From: a virus
DNA length: 64,000 nucleotides
Strand: one strand, 5' to 3'
IMG/VR virus record: IMGVR_UViG_3300042259_000159
Below, piece by piece: positions 45,694-55,323 of the stretch (the first letter of the stretch is position 1; each line of letters opens with the position of its first letter). The position numbers and the translations under genes were made by a program. Below the pieces are notes generated by a model. The model was not told the DNA's origin. It did not search any database and saw nothing but the letters and a program-made list of their open reading frames with translations.

Positions 45694-46076
45694 TATCCCT
45701 CCAAACCTTCTTCAACAATCCACCAATTCTTTACAAGGAGTGTGTGGTATACACTCCCGTCCTCCAAAGACACCACACACGCAAGAGGGATTCCATCATA
45801 TATACCAATAACCTCTTGAATAATAAAAACACACCCCTCCTCTACCTGACACGGCTCATACTCCTCAACAAAATAATCATAGAGATTACCATCCTTGAGA
45901 ACAATAACGGCAAGCATCCCCACCAAAACCTCTTTAGTTTGTGTAACAACGGCTGTACCGTTTGAGGTGGCCTTGCTACCAATCAGAGAAGCTGCGCTAC
46001 TATCTCTTACAAGGCTCAGGAGAAATACCATCCCCACAAGCAGATAAATTATTAGTAAAGTCTTCTTCTTCAACAA
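45693..46076 (-). CDS. membrane-anchored hypothetical protein
   Basis: TTG start after AAGGAG inferred; TM LLIIYLLVGMVFLLSL. Confidence 0.3.
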   Translation of the reverse strand: MLKKKTLLIIYLLVGMVFLLSLVRDSSAASLIGSKATSNGTAVVTQTKEVLVGMLAVIVLKDGNLYDYFVEEYEPCQVEEGCVFIIQEVIGIYDGIPLACVVSLEDGSVYHTLLVKNWWIVEEGLEG

Positions 46077-46215
46077 AATACTCCTTTTTTTGTATTCTTG
46101 CTTTATATTCTTCCCCACAATCCAAACAAACAACGGATCCCGCTGTGTAGACACCGTCCGGTTGTTCTTCAAACTGAAAAACACATCTCCCTGAGCACTT
46201 CGGGCAAACCATCAT
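46000..46215 (-). CDS. Zn-ribbon protein
   Basis: CPKCSG...CLDCG. Confidence 0.35.
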   Translation of the reverse strand: MMVCPKCSGRCVFQFEEQPDGVYTAGSVVCLDCGEEYKARIQKKEYFVEEEDFTNNLSACGDGISPEPCKR

Positions 46216-46388
46216 ACCGAATCCTCCTTTTCATTCATCTCTTTTAGGCATTGTAAACAGATATGCTCCCAATCTTCATCAAACTTAACCTTCTTTGATT
46301 CCACGATGGAAGCGATGGGGTATATGACCTCGTAATCATCTGTTACCCCGCAGCAGTCACAAAGGAAAGCCTCTTTCAAATACTTCAT
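46212..46388 (-). CDS. Zn-ribbon protein
   Basis: ATG at 46388 after GGAGG; CDCC...CLQC. Confidence 0.4.
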   Translation of the reverse strand: MKYLKEAFLCDCCGVTDDYEVIYPIASIVESKKVKFDEDWEHICLQCLKEMNEKEDSV

Positions 46389-46471
46389 AACAACCTCCAT
46401 GAAAAGAATATACACATAACAAAGAAGAAAGTCAAGCAAAAAAAAAAGGAGAGCCGAAGCTCTCCGTAAAT

Positions 46472-46870
46472 CTACCCTTTCTGACTTCTCTCAATGTAGT
46501 CATCAATGAGGGCATCTTTCTTTTTAATCCTTCCATCCAGATCGACACCTTCTTTGAAGGCTTTTGACTTAATCTCCTCAATGGAGAGATTCTCAAGCTC
46601 CTCCCGCAAGGTGTTTTCCGCTCCTGTGGCAACCTCCTGCATCTTCTCTTCCTCTTTTACCGTTGTCTCAACCACAACACTCTCTGGGTCATTGATAGCC
46701 TCTCCCGCACTTTTAGGTACGGTTACAGAATATTGACTGCCAAAACGGTTCATTTTTACACCCGCAAGAGACACACCAGCAACGCCAAGACAGTAGGCAA
46801 TACGTGCATAATCACGATGGTTGAACGCACTGTAAACATAAAAATCAATAAGCTCTTTTGTATAAAACAC
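46472..46870 (-). CDS. hypothetical protein
   Basis: ORF track (GTG start adjacent to the ligase stop). Confidence 0.4.
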   Translation of the reverse strand: MFYTKELIDFYVYSAFNHRDYARIAYCLGVAGVSLAGVKMNRFGSQYSVTVPKSAGEAINDPESVVVETTVKEEEKMQEVATGAENTLREELENLSIEEIKSKAFKEGVDLDGRIKKKDALIDDYIERSQKG

Positions 46871-46871
46871 C

Positions 46872-47999
46872 TTAATCCTCCCTGATATATTGTCCTACAG
46901 TATTCCCTTGCGGAATACCATCTTTCGAAAACTCCTGAAACTTAACATTAAGCCACTTGCCAATATAGCTGTCTTTGTACTTTATAATTTGCTCTCTATA
47001 GGCATCCTCCCCCATAGGTCTAACTTCAAAAATCTTTTTATTCTGGGTTTCACAGACAAACATACCTTGGCGGTATGCAACACACCCGTCTGTATTATAG
47101 ATTGGTTTTGTTTCCACCACATCTACAATTTTAAACTCATTATCCATAAAGCTTTTATATTTCCACAGGTGAGGAGACCTAGTACATTCATAGGGGGCAT
47201 CTATTCTTATTATTATGCCCTCAAATCCTTGCTGAACACGTTCGTTACATATCTTCTCCAAGGAATCACAGGAAGGCAGTCTCATATCCTTCTGCTGGAG
47301 GAGGGTGTTTGGGGTAAGAAAGGCAGTTCTTTCCCTATAAGTAAGATGCTCCATCCCCTTAATATAAACATCAAATACTACAAAGTCAATATCATATATT
47401 TCAGCATTACCTGTCTTTACAAATGAGTTGATATCTTGTAAGGGCATCCCGTGCTTATAAAACTCCCCATCAAGTATTACATTCTCCTCCTTGGCCTTCA
47501 TCCCTCTTGCAATCCTTGATATAAGAGCCTCTGACTGGTAATACGCACGGCATTGTAAAGGCACCTTGGAATATTCTACATTTTTACGTGAGAAAAACAG
47601 CCTTCTCCTGTCAACTTCTTGGAAGGTGGCTCGTAACCCGTTTAACTTATTTTGAAGCACCACAGACCCGCCCACGGCCATTTTTTCCATACGTCTATAG
47701 TTTTTCCTTCCGTCCTGCGCCTTCATAGGGTAGAAGGTGGAACCCCACTGTTCAATATCTTCGACATACCCTTTACGCTCTATCTGCTTCCTGTGCAGGG
47801 CGGCAGCTTCAAGACGTGCCTGTTCCTCTGCTGTTGTCTCATTTGCTTTCCCTATATTCTTACCGTTGCAAACCGTTTTTCTTTTTGTTTGTTTACCGCC
47901 CTGTGTTCCGTGGATAACAGTGAAGGAATCTCCCTCAACAAAGATCCTCCACTCCCTGATTTTGCCTTTTCTATCTTTAGCATATAGTGTGGAAAACAC
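46872..47999 (-). CDS. ATP-dependent DNA ligase
   Basis: Motif I QNKLNGLR (adenylation Lys), ILDGEFY, FEGIIIR, LWKYK. Confidence 0.7.
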   Translation of the reverse strand: MFSTLYAKDRKGKIREWRIFVEGDSFTVIHGTQGGKQTKRKTVCNGKNIGKANETTAEEQARLEAAALHRKQIERKGYVEDIEQWGSTFYPMKAQDGRKNYRRMEKMAVGGSVVLQNKLNGLRATFQEVDRRRLFFSRKNVEYSKVPLQCRAYYQSEALISRIARGMKAKEENVILDGEFYKHGMPLQDINSFVKTGNAEIYDIDFVVFDVYIKGMEHLTYRERTAFLTPNTLLQQKDMRLPSCDSLEKICNERVQQGFEGIIIRIDAPYECTRSPHLWKYKSFMDNEFKIVDVVETKPIYNTDGCVAYRQGMFVCETQNKKIFEVRPMGEDAYREQIIKYKDSYIGKWLNVKFQEFSKDGIPQGNTVGQYIRED

Positions 48000-48053
48000 A
48001 AAGAACCCCTGTACATAAAAAGTTTTCTGGAATAAAACAAAGGAAATACATAA

Positions 48054-48287
48054 TTAACCTTTATTCAGAAGAGATGTTAGCATTTCTGTAAAAGCCGCTA
48101 CCTCGTCCATCTCGTCTGAGAAGTTTTGTTTGTGAACAACCTTAACCACCCTATTGAACAAAGCAGGCTTGATATCAAACTCCTCTTTGGCAGTTTTTGC
48201 CAACTCTTTGCGCTGCTCTTTTATTTGATTTTCTTCTTCCATAAGTACTGCTGCCGATTCAATCATGTTCTTAAGCTTCTGTTCCAT
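48054..48287 (-). CDS. hypothetical protein
   Basis: ORF track. Confidence 0.4.
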   Translation of the reverse strand: MEQKLKNMIESAAVLMEEENQIKEQRKELAKTAKEEFDIKPALFNRVVKVVHKQNFSDEMDEVAAFTEMLTSLLNKG

Positions 48288-48296
48288 AATTCCTCC

Positions 48297-48848
48297 TTAT
48301 TTAACTCCTGTGCTTCCGTGACCACCACGATTTTTACCACTGAGGCTATCAACCTGTTTCAAAACAAAACCCTCACTGCGCATCGTGGATGTTACCCTGA
48401 ATTGGCAAACCCTATCATTTTTTGCTACTCTCCCATCACGCATAGCTATGACAGGGAAAAGCCACTCATCCCCCTCACCGCAGTAGGTGTTATCAATAAT
48501 GCCCATACTATTAGTGAGAAGAAATCCATAGTTTTTAAAGGTGGAAGATCGGGGAACAACATGTGCCTCGCTTCCCTCTGGTAGCTGCACTGCTATGCCA
48601 AGGCGGATTCTTAAATAATCGTTAGGATAATAATACCAATATTGTCCAGTATTTACCAAGGGCTTAAAAATAATCTCCCCTGTGCTTTTACACATATACC
48701 CTTTCTCAATGCTAGAAACACGAAGGTCAATCCAATCCCCGATATCAATTACCTCCGGCGGGATAAGGTCTTTATCCAAAACCTTAAAACAAATCTCCTT
48801 TCTCAAAACTACCTCCTTTTTAGGGGGTCGTAACCCCCTTTTTTTCAA
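48297..48848 (-). CDS. dut: dUTPase
   Basis: GIIDNTYCGEGDEW (motif 3) and NRGGHGSTG (motif 5). Confidence 0.8.
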   Translation of the reverse strand: MKKRGLRPPKKEVVLRKEICFKVLDKDLIPPEVIDIGDWIDLRVSSIEKGYMCKSTGEIIFKPLVNTGQYWYYYPNDYLRIRLGIAVQLPEGSEAHVVPRSSTFKNYGFLLTNSMGIIDNTYCGEGDEWLFPVIAMRDGRVAKNDRVCQFRVTSTMRSEGFVLKQVDSLSGKNRGGHGSTGVK

Positions 48849-51800
48849 CTAAATGCTTTTATCTACAAACTTTCTCTGTGGAAAATCAAATTCCCGCCTT
48901 GTTTTATTCCAAGCTTTTACGGGTGTAAAAAACCCAACAACCCTTGTCAGCTGTGTACTTATATCTTCCGAACATATGGGGCATGTACTGAAGGAACCCA
49001 TAGAGACATGGGAGTTGATACACTCAGAGTATACGGTATTAATGGCAAAATGTTCACATCCACAACCCAAAGCAAAACAGATAATTTTCTTGGCCTGCTC
49101 TCTTGTCAGCCTCTGCCCGACAGTGGCATGAACAATCCCCCCGCCTGTTAGGTTTTTAGTATATTCTCCGTCAATTCTGAGCCTGTCCCACAGAGATGCC
49201 TCTTCCCACAAAGGAACAAACTGGTTTGCATAGAGAGGGTATTCTATAAAAGTATCGCCGTGAATGATCTTATCTGCGCTGCAAACTTTTACAGCCATAC
49301 TCTCTGCTGGGATTTGCTCAATGTTGAAGACATATCCTGCGTTCTTCTTGGTATACAATCTAGCTTTTCTGTTAAGAAATGTCAAGATCTTTTTCTTCAA
49401 ATCCCCCTCAACACCGAACCTTTGTTTAAGAACCTTTTCACACTCGTAAAGACCAAGAATACCAAACGTTGAAAAGAGCCTGTTGAGGTCTATCCACCCA
49501 CGCGTTATAAAAGGCTGAAGACCTATTTGTTCAAGGACATGAATCAAGACCTTATGAGCAATCAGAATATCTTTAGCAGCCTCTACACGGTACGTGTATA
49601 TTTTCCAAAAATCATCAATACTCTCGGCCTCAATTGCCATCTTGTTGAAATTAAGAGTAACAACTCTATGGCTCCCGATGCTGGAAAGAACACCGGCACC
49701 GAAAGAATTGGAGGTGGATGCCACATCTAACATCTCTTCATCATTGATCAATCGGCAACAGCTAGCGATCTTTGTGCTCTCAGATGTGAAAATATTGTAG
49801 CGCGAAATGTCTCTATTAAGAAATATTTCCAAACTCTCTTCGTCTGCAAGGATGTAATCATCGCCGTCCTTAGTTTTTGAAATGTTCATCGTGCAAACAG
49901 GGAACCTGTAAGGCATCCCGTTATTTGAGGGATCTCCTTTATCAAAGATGTCTAGGAATATTTCCTGCAATTCAAAAACATAGTCAACACACTCTTCTAT
50001 ATCTACAACACCACCATCTGAAAACATCCACAAAAGATGTTCCTTTATGATGTACCTGAGTTTGTGTTTATCAAACACCGATACATTGGTAAAGGGACTC
50101 TCAACTCCGTCACGACTCAAATGGTTTACGCTGTGAATAAGCTGTTGAAACTCGTTTTCTATCTCTTTCCTCACAGCCTTATCGTTTTTAAGCACATCAA
50201 GGGGAACCTTATTCTTTATCATGAGAAGGTGAGCAACATCTATAAATACAGTACCTATGGCTAGAGCACCAGCAACATGCGATGACATTTGGTGGATTGT
50301 CTCACACAGGGCGGCAATATAACTATTAACTCTTTTTGCCGGTTTAGAGGGCAATACTCCAAAAGTTCTTCCTTCTGTAATGAGATTTGTTGCGTTTAAA
50401 GAATAACAATTATGTTGCACCATTCCGTTTGCATAAAAACGGCCCGTTGCTGTTGTCAAATCATATACGTCTTGAAGCTCCTCTCTAAGCTTTCTTGTAC
50501 TAGGAATGTCTTCAAGATTAAACCTGATGATTTTTACAACCCTGTTGCTTTCGCCCTTGGTGTTTGCTTTTTCATTATACTTATCATAGTCTTCTTTATG
50601 CATCTTCATCTTATCAGAAAGATCAACCATCTTATTCGTACTTGACGGGACAAAGGAAAGGGCATAAATCGAATTAGAAATATCACTCCCTTTTATCCTT
50701 TTTCTAAGGCATCGAATACCTTCAATGCCTCTAAGGACGTCATAAAGTGTGTTTATTACTGCCATAGACTGCAAACAAATCTCCACCCTGCCATTCTTTT
50801 TGTAGGTATATCCGTCCGCGTCTACAAGCCCCGCAACAAGTGCCTCTACAGAATCATTTGTCCAAGAGAGGATGTTCTTAGGAAGAACCTTTGTGAAGCT
50901 ATTTTCTTTGTTCCCGAAACCAAAAAAGGCACTTACAAGAAAATTCATATCATAAGAAGACCAATTAATCTGTCTCTCGACTTTATCACTGGGCTTAAAA
51001 AGATTCGCATCAGGAAACAAGTCTTTTATGATACTATAAATTCTTGAGTTATCAATATCGTTTTGATAAACACTGCAAAGCGTTCCCCCTCTTGTAAATC
51101 TGAAAGAGCCTTTTATGTCCTTACCGTTCATTACGCCATCATCAACACAATACCCTTCAAAGTTCCCATCACCAAGCATAAAGCCAAGAAGGTAGGCCAG
51201 CTTTTCTGGAACAATTATTGTTTTTTCCACGGAGGGCAAACAAGTCTCTGTCAAAACAGCATCCCCAACAGAAAGTTCTGAGGCTATTTTTTCAGTTCCA
51301 TCTTCCATATAGATTGGGTGGTTGTCTGTTACCAAAGCAAAGTGCCCTGCCTCTGTCTGATACAAAGAGAATCCTGTATCCGTTTTATGCTTGATAATAC
51401 GTTGTACAGCAACCCATCCATTGTTTGTATCCCAAACCTCTATATTAACTTTTTCACTCACATTGCAGGCCAACTTACCGGAACGACCTTTTGCGGTGTT
51501 CTTGTTAGTGATGTTCGCACTCACATTATTACGCAGCATTGCTGTTGTAATCTCTAGATCTCTTGTAAGGCCTTTTGTGTTAATTTCCTCATGCGTACCC
51601 CTATTTTCGGAGTGTATTGCAAACATATTGAAAAGCTTTTTAAGAGGAATACAAATAATCTCTCCGTTAATTCTGACAAAAACAGGCGTGTTTCCATAAT
51701 ACGAATATGGAAGGTTTAGCTTCGTGCTGTCGGAGATGGGAAGACTGAAATCCAACATTTCTCCTATAAGCCTTTTAGCCCTCTTCTTGCCGTAGAGTTC

Positions 51801-52184
51801 CTTCATAACACGGTAGAGGAAATCGTACCCTGCAATTTTTTTCTGGGGGGCACTTGCCTCACTCTGTATTCCGGCAATTGTCTTCTCATTCTTATTAGCA
51901 TTGTCATCAATAGAGACATCATTAATGTTTGCATTTAATTGTTTTTGAAACATCTTGAGAAAGTCTGTATTGTCCTGCGAAAGACCATGCAGACGCATAA
52001 GTTTTTCAGCTTTTGTATCAATCTCTTCTTGAGAAAGGGTTGTTTTACGAGAAAGATTCCTTTTCAAAGCCTTAAGCATCTGTTTCCGTGTGTATTCAAT
52101 CTCAGCATCATTTGTAAAAGATGAAGAAAAACCTTTAGCTATGCTATTCAAAGCAGTAAACTCCTTCTTTTGTAAGTTTAACAT
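48849..52184 (-). CDS. nrdD: anaerobic ribonucleoside-triphosphate reductase (class III), intein-containing
   Basis: C-terminal CPICS Zn site and glycyl-radical region TRVVGFFTPVKAWN. Likely start MLNLQKKEF at 52184, overlapping the nrdG 3' end. A 432-aa insert carries intein blocks. Confidence 0.8.
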   Translation of the reverse strand: MLNLQKKEFTALNSIAKGFSSSFTNDAEIEYTRKQMLKALKRNLSRKTTLSQEEIDTKAEKLMRLHGLSQDNTDFLKMFQKQLNANINDVSIDDNANKNEKTIAGIQSEASAPQKKIAGYDFLYRVMKELYGKKRAKRLIGEMLDFSLPISDSTKLNLPYSYYGNTPVFVRINGEIICIPLKKLFNMFAIHSENRGTHEEINTKGLTRDLEITTAMLRNNVSANITNKNTAKGRSGKLACNVSEKVNIEVWDTNNGWVAVQRIIKHKTDTGFSLYQTEAGHFALVTDNHPIYMEDGTEKIASELSVGDAVLTETCLPSVEKTIIVPEKLAYLLGFMLGDGNFEGYCVDDGVMNGKDIKGSFRFTRGGTLCSVYQNDIDNSRIYSIIKDLFPDANLFKPSDKVERQINWSSYDMNFLVSAFFGFGNKENSFTKVLPKNILSWTNDSVEALVAGLVDADGYTYKKNGRVEICLQSMAVINTLYDVLRGIEGIRCLRKRIKGSDISNSIYALSFVPSSTNKMVDLSDKMKMHKEDYDKYNEKANTKGESNRVVKIIRFNLEDIPSTRKLREELQDVYDLTTATGRFYANGMVQHNCYSLNATNLITEGRTFGVLPSKPAKRVNSYIAALCETIHQMSSHVAGALAIGTVFIDVAHLLMIKNKVPLDVLKNDKAVRKEIENEFQQLIHSVNHLSRDGVESPFTNVSVFDKHKLRYIIKEHLLWMFSDGGVVDIEECVDYVFELQEIFLDIFDKGDPSNNGMPYRFPVCTMNISKTKDGDDYILADEESLEIFLNRDISRYNIFTSESTKIASCCRLINDEEMLDVASTSNSFGAGVLSSIGSHRVVTLNFNKMAIEAESIDDFWKIYTYRVEAAKDILIAHKVLIHVLEQIGLQPFITRGWIDLNRLFSTFGILGLYECEKVLKQRFGVEGDLKKKILTFLNRKARLYTKKNAGYVFNIEQIPAESMAVKVCSADKIIHGDTFIEYPLYANQFVPLWEEASLWDRLRIDGEYTKNLTGGGIVHATVGQRLTREQAKKIICFALGCGCEHFAINTVYSECINSHVSMGSFSTCPICSEDISTQLTRVVGFFTPVKAWNKTRREFDFPQRKFVDKSI
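50409..51704 (-). mobile_element. intein with LAGLIDADG homing endonuclease domain inside NrdD
   Basis: Block A SYYGNTPVFV (Ser1), block B LVTDNHPIY, LAGLIDADG motifs LAYLLGFMLGDGNF and LVAGLVDADGYTY, C-terminal FYANGMVQHN followed by extein Cys (CYSLN). Confidence 0.8.
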
Positions 52185-52659
52185 AATTATTATTATAAAG
52201 TTCTTGGTTAGACGAACCAAGTACGAGTTTTGTCCTTTGCCCTTTTGTTGTATCTGACTGGTGCAGTTCTTTTATATACTCTCCTGTTTTTATAAATTTG
52301 AAACCGTTAAGATTAAGGTATTTAACAGTGTCAATATCGTATCCAGTATAAATACATATGTTAAAACACCCACCGTATTGTTCTAAGAACTGTGCTGTAA
52401 ACCCTCTGTTGCAGGAGGCTAGCGGATCTCCACCAAGAAGTACAATATTATTTGTGCGGTATTTTAAGGTCTCCTGTTTACAATGGTTGTAGAAGTCTTC
52501 AATGGAAAATTCCACACCACCCTGATATTCAGGGTTTTGCAGGGAGGGGTTATGACACCCCTTACAGGAAAAATCACACCCACACATAAAAAGACTTACT
52601 GCCCACCCATCCTTTGAGGGGTAGTCTGTAAATGTCATCTCAGAACCTGCAAATCTCAT
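52144..52659 (-). CDS. nrdG: anaerobic RNR activating enzyme (radical SAM)
   Basis: CGCDFSCKGCHNP (CxxxCxxC cluster). Confidence 0.8.
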   Translation of the reverse strand: MRFAGSEMTFTDYPSKDGWAVSLFMCGCDFSCKGCHNPSLQNPEYQGGVEFSIEDFYNHCKQETLKYRTNNIVLLGGDPLASCNRGFTAQFLEQYGGCFNICIYTGYDIDTVKYLNLNGFKFIKTGEYIKELHQSDTTKGQRTKLVLGSSNQELYNNNYVKLTKEGVYCFE

Positions 52660-52661
52660 TT

Positions 52662-53258
52662 TTATCCTTCTCTTTCCAGAGCAACATCTATAAGGGATTG
52701 GAACTCCGGCGGGAGGCTGTTATACATTTTTTGTGCCATTTCCCTTATTTCCCACTGTGCGTCTTTTGCCATACGGAGTTTTAGAAAATTGATTAATGCT
52801 CTTAGATTCATTGTTACCATAATTTTTGTGGTAGTTGCGTTCGGGAACACAAAACGTGCATCCTCTTTTTTAACCCCAGCATCAAGCAGGCGATTGTATG
52901 TGTCCCATATAACCTCCATTGTATCTTCATAAAGATCACGAATATAGCCATCCTCGTGCTCTGATATGCTTGGTGGAGTGACATAAGAAGGCTCTTCTGT
53001 CTTTACATACCTTTGACTTGCCTGTGTATATGATGCAATACGGTGTCTTACCTGTTGATGTGTTAGTGCGCGGGATACCCCTGTAATTTCAAAACAAAAA
53101 GCAGAATGCTCCACAACACTTTCGTGTCCTTTCTTAATACACTTTTTAACAAGCGCTGTATCACTCGCACCCCCATTGTCAGAAACACTTTCATAGGGTA
53201 TTCTGGCAGCACGACAAATAGTTGTGTATTTCAAACAATCAACAAGTTCTACTTTCAT
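52662..53258 (-). CDS. thyX: flavin-dependent thymidylate synthase
   Basis: ThyX motif QVRHRIASYTQASQRY. ATG at 53258 after AAAGGAGG. Confidence 0.8.
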   Translation of the reverse strand: MKVELVDCLKYTTICRAARIPYESVSDNGGASDTALVKKCIKKGHESVVEHSAFCFEITGVSRALTHQQVRHRIASYTQASQRYVKTEEPSYVTPPSISEHEDGYIRDLYEDTMEVIWDTYNRLLDAGVKKEDARFVFPNATTTKIMVTMNLRALINFLKLRMAKDAQWEIREMAQKMYNSLPPEFQSLIDVALEREG

Positions 53259-53422
53259 TACGCCTCCTTTTTTACCCAAGATGTGGGCTTATAATCATTG
53301 CCTATTCGGCAGTTTTTACACTCTACCTTCCTGTGGTGTCTATAGGGGCCACTTGCACAGCTTATGCATGTAAGATTTGTCTCAACATGCCCACGGTTTT
53401 TCCTCTCTACAAAGACATTCAT
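53258..53422 (-). CDS. Zn-ribbon protein (54 aa)
   Basis: ATG after AAGGAG; CISC...CKNC. Its stop overlaps the thyX ATG (TAATG). Below the track cut-off. Confidence 0.4.
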   Translation of the reverse strand: MNVFVERKNRGHVETNLTCISCASGPYRHHRKVECKNCRIGNDYKPTSWVKKEA

Positions 53423-53604
53423 CGTTTCTCCTTTTTGCGTTGATAGGTGAATTTAATATTCCCAACCCTTGCAGGTATAACACTCTTTTCAATAACACGC
53501 CCACATGCCTTTTCAGGAATGGAGAAGGTATCTATAATTTCCCCATTACTATTAAACACCACTATAGTATCCACAAAACCCCCTAAAGGCTGAAAAAGCC
53601 GCTT

Positions 53605-54579
53605 TTAGCGGCAAAAATAAATGTCTGGTGAGAAGGTTAGAAGATCTTTTGTATGCACTGAGTATGAGATATCGTTCAAATCCTGTGCTTCGTGTAAAAT
53701 ATCAAACACAAGGAACCCGAAATCTACTGTTCCAGAACATTTCCTCTCTCCGAAAATTGTCTTTGGACCTTGAAGAGATGGACAAGACATCGCCATATAT
53801 TTTGTTGTACTGTTTGCAATGTGGTAGTGAACATGCCCACGGAGAATTACATCGCTTTTAGGCTGCATCTTTTTCTCTTCCCATAGGCGATTCCAGACAT
53901 ATTCTTTCGAAAGCTGTGTTGCCCTCCCGTGAGGGATTCCACTACTTCCAATGGCATGTCTGAGGTCAAAAAGAATCCCATTAATATCTACCCACAACCT
54001 ACCATCAAAAATAGCACCTATCTCTTTAGCTAGAACCTCTTCAAAATCCTCACCACCGGCATATGTATGGTAACCTGTCCCACCAACTAGAAAAATATTC
54101 TTACACGGGATTGAATCGAAGACTTGAACAGCTATATCTACTTGCTCGTTGAGGGATGAGGTTATCAGTCCATTTCCACCATCCTTAGATGCCTTGCCAT
54201 CAATTGCATCGCCTATGTGAAAAAGTGCATCGATATGGCCTAAGGATGAAACCCCTGTAGAGAAAAAGTCCCACATCTCTTCTTGCATAGAGGCAATCTT
54301 CTTTCTTTCCTCTTTGCTTCCTCCTTGAACGTTAAACATCCAGTCTGGAGGTGTCAAACCAACCTTACTTCCGCAGTGGGTATCCGAGATAACCAAAACC
54401 CTTGAGAAATCCCTTTTACACCTTTCCTCCTCTTTTTCCCACTTTGTGAGACCCTTATACTTATCCTTAAGAAAGTCGTGAACAGAAGATTTTGGAACCC
54501 CTGTTGCGGCAGAAATCTGCCTTATAGACTTCCCAGCCTTTTGCATTATAAGAGCAACCTCTTTCTGATATTCCTCCAT
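53605..54579 (-). CDS. calcineurin-like metallophosphoesterase with N-terminal HTH
   Basis: VISDTHCG, IGDAIDG, RGHVHYH. N-terminal GKSIRQISAATGVPKSSVHDFL. Confidence 0.6.
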   Translation of the reverse strand: MEEYQKEVALIMQKAGKSIRQISAATGVPKSSVHDFLKDKYKGLTKWEKEEERCKRDFSRVLVISDTHCGSKVGLTPPDWMFNVQGGSKEERKKIASMQEEMWDFFSTGVSSLGHIDALFHIGDAIDGKASKDGGNGLITSSLNEQVDIAVQVFDSIPCKNIFLVGGTGYHTYAGGEDFEEVLAKEIGAIFDGRLWVDINGILFDLRHAIGSSGIPHGRATQLSKEYVWNRLWEEKKMQPKSDVILRGHVHYHIANSTTKYMAMSCPSLQGPKTIFGERKCSGTVDFGFLVFDILHEAQDLNDISYSVHTKDLLTFSPDIYFCR

Positions 54580-54616
54580 CTAACCTCCTTTACTCCTGTT
54601 TTTGGGAATAGAAATA

Positions 54617-54646
54617 TGGTACTGGCAGCGGGATTCGAACCCACAC
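54617..54646 (-). tRNA. orphan tRNA 3' fragment (T-arm, acceptor 3' strand, CCA)
   Basis: Minus strand reads GTGGGTTCGAATCCCGCTGCCAGTACCA with no upstream D or anticodon arms. Its acceptor strand complements the 5' acceptor ACTGGTA at 55323..55317. Confidence 0.6.
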
Positions 54647-54658
54647 TGAAGGGGGGAT

Positions 54659-55108
54659 TTACTTATCTCTCTGGTAGTAGTGCTTTGATATTGCACTTCT
54701 TTCCATTTTTTGAATTTTTTTATTCTGAACGTCGGACCCATAACGTCCAGAACACGTTCTGGAACAAAAGGGCCCAGCTTTATTTTTAATGTTTCTCTGT
54801 GTCACCGTTGGCGTAAAAAGAGAATCGCAATATGGACACTTTACTTCTTCCACTCTCACCCTTACCACATCAAGCGAAGCATGGGAGGATCTACACAAAA
54901 CTTGTAAATTTTCAATTTTGTTGTTCAGTGGATTTCTATCAATGTGGTCAACTGTCTCAGATGGATCTAAAACTCTGCCCAGATGCACTTCCATTATAAT
55001 TCTGGAAGCCTGTTTAGCAGTTCTTTTAATTCCATCATATAAAACAATGACCAGTCTACCGTCTTTCCTTAAATATGGCCCATAAATTTTTTTACACTCT
55101 GGGTACAA
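54659..55108 (-). CDS. HNH homing endonuclease
   Basis: VDHIDRNPLNNKIENLQVLCRSSHA plus C-terminal CPYC...CSRTC. The track ORF extends to 55192 but overlaps tRNA-Leu; a TTG at 55108 is proposed as the start. Confidence 0.65.
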   Translation of the reverse strand: MYPECKKIYGPYLRKDGRLVIVLYDGIKRTAKQASRIIMEVHLGRVLDPSETVDHIDRNPLNNKIENLQVLCRSSHASLDVVRVRVEEVKCPYCDSLFTPTVTQRNIKNKAGPFCSRTCSGRYGSDVQNKKIQKMERSAISKHYYQRDK

Positions 55109-55122
55109 TTTTTGAATGTGTT

Positions 55123-55206
55123 TGGTAGGAGAAGAGAGATTCGAACTCTCAAGGAATAATCCGTCGAGGCTTAAACTCGATGTGTTTACCATTTCACCAT
55201 TCTCCC
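55123..55206 (-). tRNA. tRNA-Leu (anticodon UAA), type II with long variable arm, CCA encoded
   Basis: GGGAGAA/TTCTCCT acceptor, anticodon arm TCGAG-TTTAAGC-CTCGA, T-arm GAGAG-TTCGAAT-CTCTC. Confidence 0.75.
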
Positions 55207-55245
55207 GTATTTTTTATCTACCATTCCGCCATTCCCGCATTTATT

Positions 55246-55323
55246 TGGTACCCACTGTGAGATTCGAACCCACACTAATCAGTTTCTAAGACTGATGCCT
55301 CTGCCAAGTTGGGCTATACCAGT
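55246..55323 (-). tRNA. chimeric / possibly defective tRNA (anticodon UAG, short variable loop)
   Basis: Good D, anticodon (TCAGT-CTTAGAA-ACTGA) and T arms. However, 5' acceptor ACTGGTA pairs poorly with the local 3' strand AGTGGGT and well with TGCCAGT at 54617..54646. Confidence 0.45.
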
